Made by a program: the position numbers and the translations under genes
The notes under the pieces: generated by a model
Database searches by the model: none
What the model saw: only the letters and a program-made list of their open reading frames with translations
What the model was told of the DNA's origin: nothing
NCBI GenBank assembly: GCA_018825365.1
Contig: JAHJEV010000001.1
Span: forward strand, 1-55,600
Length of the DNA: 55,600 bases
From: Patescibacteria group bacterium
GTDB taxonomy: Bacteria; Patescibacteriota; WWE3; UBA101185; UBA10185
Direction of reading: 5' to 3'
In this document: positions 18,885 to 25,775 of the stretch, piece after piece
Layout of the letters: each line of letters starts with the position of its first letter
Numbering within the stretch: position 1 is the first letter of the stretch

Positions 18885-19172
18885 TCAAAACGGGCCGATC
18901 ACTAGAGATGGGTAACTGAGAGAAAGGGCAATAGCGTAACCCACAGCTACCCAAAATACAGCCACCAACATCATAAAAAGGGCTGCTAACAGGTTCTTGC
19001 GCCAAACATTATATAAAAGTAAGGTTGCAAACACGACTGCAATAGTCTGCGTCAACGGTACTTTCACCGGCGCCGGAACAAGAAATAGTGAAGGGATCGC
19101 TAAAACGACCAGATATTTCTGCCATTTAGGCAATGCATACCAAAACTCCTCGTGCATTGGATTTTCTAACAT
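18885..19172 (-). CDS. Hypothetical membrane protein
   Basis: AAAAGGAG SD; three hydrophobic segments. Confidence 0.6.
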   Translation of the reverse strand: MLENPMHEEFWYALPKWQKYLVVLAIPSLFLVPAPVKVPLTQTIAVVFATLLLYNVWRKNLLAALFMMLVAVFWVAVGYAIALSLSYPSLVIGPF

Positions 19173-19228
19173 GATCTTTCTCCTTTTAGAGACTGAGGGA
19201 TATTTACTGAATTATAGCATGTAAAACT

Positions 19229-19319
19229 TGGCGGAGGGAGGGGGATTCGAACCCCCGATGAGATTACTCCCATACAGTCTTTCCAGGACTGCGCACTAGA
19301 CCAACTATGCGATCCCTCC
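19229..19319 (-). tRNA. tRNA-Ser(GGA)
   Basis: Cloverleaf, CAGTC-CTGGAAA-GACTG anticodon arm, long variable arm, G73, encoded CCA. Confidence 0.96.
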
Positions 19320-19716
19320 AAAACTGATAACAACAGAGATTTTAACACGACTTGGAATATGTAGCATCACTACTATATGGTAAGGAAAAATTAAAGTTTC
19401 TGCTCATGTTCTCTTGCGGCTTACTTGTTTGTCTTGCAGCCTCGTATGCCTTCAGGAACAACGTACAGATCTTCAAGATTGAAAATACAACTGCTGCTCG
19501 ACCAAAGGTGCGGCACCCAACTTGCAACAACCACAACAGGTTTTAAGTGCCCACAAACAGAGTAGGTTGACGCATTGCCAATGATAGGAGAACAAAAGAA
19601 GACAGTGTGCTCAGCAGCCTATCTAAACTGGGCAAAGCAGAGCTGTCCAAGCTTTCAAGGCGCTGCTTACTAAACATAGGAAACAAAAATAGAAGAGTTC
19701 TTTAAGCTCTCTTGTT

Positions 19717-19944
19717 TTATTTCACCAGATTCCAATTTAGATAAGTTACAGCCAGTTGCAAAACTGTCGCAAATGAAACCCACATCAGATATGGAATATT
19801 TATAAATGAAACCCATTTAACTCTCGTATAGAGAGATATCATTGACCAGATGAGAGCTGCTAACACCAATAAAATATTTACGGTAGCTACTAAATTGCAT
19901 AATTTCCTATAGGGTGTTACAATAATGCCTACAAATATCCCAGA
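19717..19944 (-). pseudogene. tspO: 5'-truncated TspO/MBR (tryptophan-rich sensory protein) remnant
   Basis: Open frame lacking an ATG and the N-terminal half: ...VNILLVLAALIWSM...NIPYLMWVSFATVLQLAVTYLN*, matching the TspO C-terminal PYLxWVxFA motif. Confidence 0.7.
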
Positions 19945-19960
19945 CTAAGGAGATGACAGA

Positions 19961-20218
19961 ATGAAAAAGTTTTTCGCCCATTTTATGTGGTGGCTTCTAG
20001 GGTGGACTGGGTTGGTCCGTAACCCCAACAATAAAAGCGGGGCTCTGGCGACCAAACTTACACCGTCCATCGTACAGAATTTCATGCACCAGCGTACCGT
20101 TCGCCCCGGCACTAAACCGAGCACAACGGGAGCGGCGAAACTGAAGAATTCCCGCAGCGGTCACTCACGCAACCCCAATTATGCGCGTCGCCGCTGGGCT
20201 GCCAATCACAAAATCTGA
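19961..20218 (+). CDS. Hypothetical basic protein
   Basis: AAGGAG SD at 19947; followed by a terminator. Confidence 0.55.
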   Translation: MKKFFAHFMWWLLGWTGLVRNPNNKSGALATKLTPSIVQNFMHQRTVRPGTKPSTTGAAKLKNSRSGHSRNPNYARRRWAANHKI

Positions 20219-20230
20219 TCTTCTCACTTC

Positions 20231-20274
20231 ATAAACGTCACAGATCCCAGAAAATTTGTGACGTTTATCTTTTT
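20231..20274 (+). terminator. Intrinsic terminator
   Basis: ATAAACGTCACA/TGTGACGTTTAT 12-bp stem plus T-run. Confidence 0.8.
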
Positions 20275-20404
20275 CTGTTGAAAATATGCAAACACATCCT
20301 TATCGTCGGCCAGGACTCATATTTTTAAACGTTTTTCAAGCAATAATAAATAAAGTTGCACCCATCTTGAATATTCCACCTGTAAAAGCAATGATTTTAA
20401 TACA

Positions 20405-20421
20405 TGGCGGAGAGTACAGGA
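20405..20421 (-). other. Isolated tRNA-Ser 3' end fragment (possible att scar)
   Basis: TGGCGGAGAGTACAGGA is 16/17 identical to 23819-23835, the CCA end and T-stem of tRNA-Ser(GCT). Confidence 0.6.
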
Positions 20422-20437
20422 CACACTTGGAGCTTAT

Positions 20438-21700
20438 TTAACTGAATAAAGAAAAGAACAGAAAGATGTTAAATAGTGCACTGACTGTAATTATCAACTT
20501 CTGTCGGGAAGTTATCTTTTTTTTGTCAAAAGACTCGAGCAACAAAATTAACAAAAACGGAAGAAGATCGATCATGTATCTCGGACCTATTTGCGTCCAT
20601 CCGGTCCAATAATACGTCAGCAGAAATAGTAATATAAATCCGCTAGTAGCCGCGGCATACTTACTATTCTTTGACTTTAGTCTATTCCGAAACATGAGCA
20701 AAAAAATTGGCGACATTACAAAGAAGCTGACTCCGGGAGAGCTAACTTTAACATATGGCTTAACCAAATGAATAATCGTTGATGTATTCGTTTTAAAAAT
20801 CTCCCTATAAAAACCCGTGGACTTTTCAAACACCGGTGAGGGTACACTTAAAAAGTAATAATAAATGTTTGTTGGAATATTTTTAACGTTAAATAATCCG
20901 TATTTTAGCATTTCGTATCTAAAGGTGTCGGATGACCGCACCCAGTTATTCGAGGTGGTGTAACCACTATCAAACAAATTTTCGAAGCGAGCATAGTTAT
21001 ACCAAAGAAGAAACACGCCAGCCAAGAGAATTGGTAAGATCATTAGTAAGCACTTCTTTACCTTCTCTTTTAAGGTTGCGCACGACGTAACTGTCGCCAA
21101 AAGGTAAAAAATTATTCCGAATCCAGAGGTAAAGCGCGTCATGAACATCAAAGCATGGTACAGACCGATCAAGAAAATGTTTTTCCTCCCGATATATTCA
21201 TAAAGAGCAAGAAGTCCCAAAAAAAATGTTACTGTTTGAGAAAAGTGCCAGCTCCAGGGAAGAAGCGCAGAAAGAAAGAAGACACTTGCGAAAACTACGG
21301 CCAAAGCTAACCATCTGCTACTGTTTTTAGCAAAACCATATCTGACAGAAATTTTATAGACTAAGTACAAAATCCCGGCAATAAGAAATATATTAGCTAT
21401 TCCTTGTGGCATAGGTTGCGTCGAAATTCCCAATGTGAGGAAGGATAGGGGAACAAGCATCAGCGCGGGGAACGGCCCGAGATGCCAAAAGTACCTACCT
21501 TTAAATAAGACTGCATCACCAACCGCATTGGGCAGATACAAACGACCTTTAAGAAACTGCTCCGACAAAACAGAAAACTCGTTTTCTCCGATTATTTTTA
21601 TGTTTAGCGAGATAGTTATGAGGGCTAACAACACCAACAAAAGATAAGAAAATTCTATTTTTGGGAGGGATAGCTTTTTTACATGCTGCCACAACTGCAT
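20438..21700 (-). CDS. GT-C-like polytopic membrane protein (putative glycosyltransferase)
   Basis: About 11 TMs; YFWHLGPFPALML, WYNYARF and GPRYMIDLLP motifs. Confidence 0.6.
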   Translation of the reverse strand: MQLWQHVKKLSLPKIEFSYLLLVLLALITISLNIKIIGENEFSVLSEQFLKGRLYLPNAVGDAVLFKGRYFWHLGPFPALMLVPLSFLTLGISTQPMPQGIANIFLIAGILYLVYKISVRYGFAKNSSRWLALAVVFASVFFLSALLPWSWHFSQTVTFFLGLLALYEYIGRKNIFLIGLYHALMFMTRFTSGFGIIFYLLATVTSCATLKEKVKKCLLMILPILLAGVFLLWYNYARFENLFDSGYTTSNNWVRSSDTFRYEMLKYGLFNVKNIPTNIYYYFLSVPSPVFEKSTGFYREIFKTNTSTIIHLVKPYVKVSSPGVSFFVMSPIFLLMFRNRLKSKNSKYAAATSGFILLFLLTYYWTGWTQIGPRYMIDLLPFLLILLLESFDKKKITSRQKLIITVSALFNIFLFFSLFS

Positions 21701-21814
21701 TTTTAGAGTTTAGCACATTGCTAAGAAGCAAAAAAATCGCGAAAACCTATGGGAATGCCCATACCGCCGGCTTTCCCGAATGGCGGGGAGTGTGGGACGT
21801 ACTTGGAACTTATT

Positions 21815-22276
21815 TCATAAACTAAAATTTTTGAGAATATAGATTAGACTAAATAAAGATAGGGTTAGAACTGCCTGCATAGAAACTTGTAATATTATGA
21901 AACACTTTTGATCTGAAATACCTCCAAATAACTTTCTTAGTACAGTAAAATGTGTGGTTATGTTATGTGGGTGGTGCGAGGGAACAACAAACTGTTGGAG
22001 GAAAAAATAAAGTGTTTCCCCAGCACTTCTTACCACCCAAAATACAAGAAACCCAACTAACCACAGGATACTATTATTTAAAGCCACACTGATAAAAGCT
22101 ATAACGGCGTGCAGTATCCCCAGCACAAGCATATCCTCCCAAACAAATGCGCCCATAACAAATCCCCACAGATATATAAAATTGCACTTACCCTTATTTC
22201 TCCTAATCTTTTGTACAGAAAATACCGATAAAAAAAGGTTGAGCACGCCCCAAATGGCTATAAGCGACATAGACAT
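21815..22276 (-). CDS. Hypothetical membrane protein
   Basis: Four hydrophobic segments; start at 22276 directly downstream of tRNA-Ser(CGA). Confidence 0.65.
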   Translation of the reverse strand: MSMSLIAIWGVLNLFLSVFSVQKIRRNKGKCNFIYLWGFVMGAFVWEDMLVLGILHAVIAFISVALNNSILWLVGFLVFWVVRSAGETLYFFLQQFVVPSHHPHNITTHFTVLRKLFGGISDQKCFIILQVSMQAVLTLSLFSLIYILKNFSL

Positions 22277-22295
22277 GGATCTATTTTACATTAAT

Positions 22296-22386
22296 TGGCG
22301 GAGGGAGGGAGATTCGAACTCCCGTACCACTTGCGTGGTGCTTGGTTTTCGAGACCAGCCCGGTATGACCGCTTCGGTATCCCTCC
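22296..22386 (-). tRNA. tRNA-Ser(CGA)
   Basis: Cloverleaf, CT-CGA-AA loop, long variable arm, G73, CCA. Confidence 0.95.
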
Positions 22387-22433
22387 AAGATACATTTTGC
22401 ATTGTCATTTTAACATTCCTATAATATCCATGC

Positions 22434-22814
22434 ATGTCTAAATTTATAGACCGAGTTATAAAAATAGTAAGAAAAGTGCCCTATGGAAAAGTTGTAAGCT
22501 ACGGTCAGGTTTCTCTGATGGCCGGAGTCCCAAGAGCAGCGCTTCAGATTGGCTGGGTACTCCATATTGCGGGAGAAAACGGGGCAACTCCTTGGCGGAG
22601 AGTTATAAATAATGCCGGAAGAATAAGCACAAAATGTCTTGAGCACACCGCAAATCATCAGCAGAAACTTCTTGAGAAAGAGGGTGTTGAGGTTAAAAAC
22701 AATTTAAAAATTGATATTGAAAGGTACAGATGGAAGCCAGATATAAAGACACTTAAGAAACTGGAGTTGAATCAAGATTACATTTTCGGAATACTTGATA
22801 AGTATGGAGTTTAA
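22434..22814 (+). CDS. Alkyltransferase-like (ATL/MGMT family) DNA-binding protein
   Basis: VPYGKVVSYGQV, ARQIG-like ALQIGW and PWRRVIN, with Trp in place of the catalytic Cys. Confidence 0.88.
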   Translation: MSKFIDRVIKIVRKVPYGKVVSYGQVSLMAGVPRAALQIGWVLHIAGENGATPWRRVINNAGRISTKCLEHTANHQQKLLEKEGVEVKNNLKIDIERYRWKPDIKTLKKLELNQDYIFGILDKYGV

Positions 22815-22890
22815 TGGTGGACCGTAGCGGAATCGAACCGCTGATCTCTGCAATGCGAATGCAGCGCTCTACCAACTGAGCTAACGGCCC
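22815..22890 (-). tRNA. tRNA-Ala(CGC)
   Basis: GGGCCGT/ACGGTCC acceptor with G3.U70, TT-CGC-AT loop, CCA. Confidence 0.96.
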
Positions 22891-22942
22891 GTAACTACCA
22901 TATTTTACATTAAAAAACTCAAAATAACTGGATAGATTGAAC

Positions 22943-23018
22943 TGGTGCACCCGGAGGGACTCGAACCCCCGACCTCAGCGTCCGCAACGCTGCGTTCTAT
23001 CCACTGAACTACGGGTGC
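22943..23018 (-). tRNA. tRNA-Arg(GCG)
   Basis: CAGCG-TTGCGGA-CGCTG arm, A20 in D-loop, G37, CCA. Confidence 0.94.
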
Positions 23019-23072
23019 ATGAAAAACAATAAACGAACGGTTCTTGGGGATATTATAGCTTAAAGATAAACC

Positions 23073-23663
23073 TTATTCTTTATCTTCAACACCGAACTTC
23101 TTAACTATCTTGTCATAAGCATTATCGAAAAACGTTTTAGGTTCCTGCTCCAAAAAGTGAAGGTATTTATTAAAAACTTCCCTTATCTTTTCCTTATCTT
23201 TTGGATCAAAGTGGATAAATAGTCTTCCGGGAATTCCCATTGTGGTATCAACAACAGCAATCTCAGTTTCTCCCCTCTGTATAAAAAAATATCTTCTAAG
23301 TTCGTCCCAGTAATACAACTTCCCGTTTACAGTTATACCAAATGAGTTTAGTTCGTAACTCATCTTCTCGGGAGGCATTTTCATTAAGGCCTGAGTGACA
23401 AAAATAATACTTCCGATAACCAAAATTACAAAAAATTCCTGCATGGCAAGGAGTAGTAGCCCGACAAAAATCCCTATAATCGTGAGGGCTCTAATAAATC
23501 TTTTGTTCATCCCTCGCGTCTCGGGGTGGCTTGTGGCCTCCCAGCTAAGAAATATCTTCTTTTCTCCAAGCTGCTCCCTACTATACCCCGGCACTTTCGG
23601 AGGTTCCAAAGTCTCGTGAGAACTTTTGATACCTACCATATTTCCTAGATTAGAGAGATTCAT
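23073..23663 (-). CDS. Conserved membrane protein, DUF5673-like
   Basis: SWEA, two TMs, YELNSFGITVNGKLYYWDEL. Start moved to ATG 23663 (TATAAT 6 nt upstream) because the track start lies inside a tRNA. Confidence 0.7.
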   Translation of the reverse strand: MNLSNLGNMVGIKSSHETLEPPKVPGYSREQLGEKKIFLSWEATSHPETRGMNKRFIRALTIIGIFVGLLLLAMQEFFVILVIGSIIFVTQALMKMPPEKMSYELNSFGITVNGKLYYWDELRRYFFIQRGETEIAVVDTTMGIPGRLFIHFDPKDKEKIREVFNKYLHFLEQEPKTFFDNAYDKIVKKFGVEDKE

Positions 23664-23710
23664 AAATAAATTATACAACAAGGGGAATGAAATAAAACTG
23701 CAAATAAATC

Positions 23711-23798
23711 TGGCGGAGAAGGTGGGATTCGAACCCACGATACCTTGCGGTATGGCGGTTTAGTAAACCGCTACACTCGGCCACTATGCGACTTCTCC
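23711..23798 (-). tRNA. tRNA-Ser with ACT anticodon
   Basis: GGAGAAG/CTTCTCC-G-CCA acceptor, GCGGT-TTACTAA-ACCGC anticodon arm, ATACC-GCAA-GGTAT variable arm, GTGGG-TTCGAAT-CCCAC T-arm. Confidence 0.9.
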
Positions 23799-23818
23799 AT
23801 TCAAAATTGCTAAATTTC

Positions 23819-23907
23819 TGGCGGAGGGTACAGGATTTGAACCTGTGGACCGGTTTAACCCAGTCGCGGCTTAGCAAGCCGTTGCATTACCACTCTGCCA
23901 ACCCTCC
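23819..23907 (-). tRNA. tRNA-Ser(GCT)
   Basis: Cloverleaf, TT-GCT-AA loop, long variable arm, G73, CCA. Confidence 0.95.
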
Positions 23908-24191
23908 AAGATCTCAAAGCTCTCACATTATACCAAAGATACTAATCTTTGATTAAAAATTAGCAATTAACCAGCGGGGTCTGCTTTATAGCGTTATTTG
24001 TGGGCACGAATACCAAAACCTCCATTTTTATGTCATTTATACGAGTTTTCCATAGGTTATCCACAATTCCGTATTTGTTGTTACTGCAATGTCTTATTGA
24101 TGCTGGGCCTGTAGTTATGTATTTAAACGAACTGATAGTACGCTAGGGGGACTCTATTTATTTAGTGTTAACCTATTTGTAGTGATCGCTC

Positions 24192-24220
24192 TTGACTTAT
24201 GTATTACAATGTAATACACT
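24192..24220 (+). promoter_or_regulatory. TA-operon promoter with overlapping palindromic operator
   Basis: TTGACT-17 nt-TACACT; perfect IR GTATTACA-A-TGTAATAC at 24201-24217. Confidence 0.75.
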
Positions 24221-24227
24221 GTTATAC

Positions 24228-24515
24228 GTGTGCGGTTATGAAATTCAAGTTGATAATTTAATTTGGAATGATTTCAATACCTCTCATATAGCAAAACATG
24301 GGGTTAAAATTTATGAAATTGAAGTGTTGCTAAAAGACAAAAGACTTAAGTTTCTATCTGCTAAGAACAATAGGTTCTTTGCTTTAGGTAAATCAGGAAA
24401 ACGACTTCTGGCCATGGTGATAACTAAAGAAAGAGGCGATAAATTTTACGTAGTCACCGCTCGAGACATGAGCAAATCAGAAAGGAGGTACTATAGAAAT
24501 GACAAAAATAAATAA
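24228..24515 (+). CDS. BrnT-like type II toxin
   Basis: IW...HIAKHGV...RFFALG...LLAMV...VVTARDMSKSERRYY; GTG start 7 nt after the -10 element. Confidence 0.8.
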   Translation: MCGYEIQVDNLIWNDFNTSHIAKHGVKIYEIEVLLKDKRLKFLSAKNNRFFALGKSGKRLLAMVITKERGDKFYVVTARDMSKSERRYYRNDKNK

Positions 24516-24774
24516 AATTCCAAAATTTAATACCATAAAGGAAGAAGCTGATTTTTGGGACAAACACAGCATCACAGACTATCTACCAGAGCTTGAGCCA
24601 TCAAAACTCTCATACAAAACAAAAGGTGAAAGAAAAGAAGTTGTAACAATCAGATTTTCACCTGCATTAAAAAAAGAACTCTCAAAAGTCGCGGACGAGT
24701 ACGATATATCACCCTCTTCTTTAGTTAGAATGTGGGTAGTAGGCAAACTACACGATGTAAGCAAAAGCGATTAA
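24499..24774 (+). CDS. CopG/BrnA-type antitoxin
   Basis: KIPKF...EEADFWDKH N-terminus and RHH-like VTIRF...LVRMWV C-terminus; overlaps the toxin stop. Confidence 0.82.
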   Translation: MTKINKIPKFNTIKEEADFWDKHSITDYLPELEPSKLSYKTKGERKEVVTIRFSPALKKELSKVADEYDISPSSLVRMWVVGKLHDVSKSD

Positions 24775-24783
24775 TGATGTTAA

Positions 24784-25162
24784 TGGTAGGGATGGCGGGA
24801 GTTGAACCCACGTTCCGAAGCCTTTTTTATACAGTTTCTACAAGTTTAACCGAACATTATCTTGGGAAAGCAGGTATCCGGTAAACCCTTTGTGCTTTCT
24901 GCAGGTTTTTCTTTGGAATTTCTCCCTTGGCGACTTGAGTTAACCAAACTCAAATGACCTCATCCTGGTTTTATTAGGCTAAGCCAAAAACTCTCCAGGA
25001 AGAATTTTTGTTGCCAGTTTCCGCTTTGTTAAGCGTTAACGTATGCCATTGCTGGCACAAATGCTTTTTTATCGGCATTTATATTTTTGCTGACTTTTAA
25101 GGTGTCTGCGAACCTACTTGCAACCATATAATAACTGCACCGGTCAAATCCAATGCATCCCC
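24784..25162 (-). ncRNA. ssrA: tmRNA
   Basis: 5' GGGGATGCATTGGATTTGAC; resume context ATAAATGCC; tag ORF ADKKAFVPAMAYVNA* (25076-25029); T-arm GTGGG-TTCAACT-CCCGC; ACCA end; adjacent to smpB. Confidence 0.92.
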
Positions 25163-25248
25163 ATGTAAAAGTACAACTCTATACGAAAGTGTAAGAGTGA
25201 TGAGATATTACTATAGAAATATTGATAAATCAACTTAGAACGACAGGG

Positions 25249-25731
25249 TTATTGAGTCCAAACGCTTCTTTTTATTTCCTTTGATTCCTTAGCCAAATCT
25301 ATTTTTATCTGTCTGTCCTTCGCTGTTTGTTTCTTTTCAAATTCTTTTTTGCCTTTTACAACTGCAAATTCAAGCTTAATCTTGCCATGCTGCATAACCA
25401 AAGCCGTAGGAACTGCGGTCTTACCCTTTTCCGATAGCTCTCTTGTTATATCCGCCACTTCCTTTTTGTTTAAAAGAAGCGGTCTTGATCTTTTTTCATC
25501 AAACTTTTCTGAAGTTTCAGACTGCTTGGAGTACCTACCTATATATAGACCAGTAACATGCAACACCCCGCTAATTAATTTTATATAGGAACCTTCAAAG
25601 TCTACTTTTCCTTCTCTTATGGCCTTTACCTCATATCCTTTTAACACAATACCGGCAGAATACCTCTCCAAAAGAGTGTGATTAAACATTGCTTTTCTAT
25701 TTTTTGCTAAAAGAAGTCCTTTTCCCTTCAT
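25249..25731 (-). CDS. smpB: SsrA-binding protein
   Basis: NRKAMFN, AGIVLKGYEVKAIREG, RPLLL, GKKEFEKK. Confidence 0.95.
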   Translation of the reverse strand: MKGKGLLLAKNRKAMFNHTLLERYSAGIVLKGYEVKAIREGKVDFEGSYIKLISGVLHVTGLYIGRYSKQSETSEKFDEKRSRPLLLNKKEVADITRELSEKGKTAVPTALVMQHGKIKLEFAVVKGKKEFEKKQTAKDRQIKIDLAKESKEIKRSVWTQ

Positions 25732-25775
25732 ATGTGCTTTATTTTAGCAGGTCTTTGCTATAATGGTTAAAGATT

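Noticed and set aside
19166-19348. Short ORFs overlapping tRNA genes (also 22182-22424, 22753-22950, 23671-23877)
   Set aside because: They translate through tRNA sequence and have no coding signal.
19352-19546. 64-aa ORF after tRNA-Ser(GGA)
   Set aside because: No SD or well-placed -10 element and no recognisable motif; cannot be supported.
24057-24065. Single perfect DnaA box near the TA module
   Set aside because: Isolated, with no cluster or unwinding tract; not evidence of an origin.
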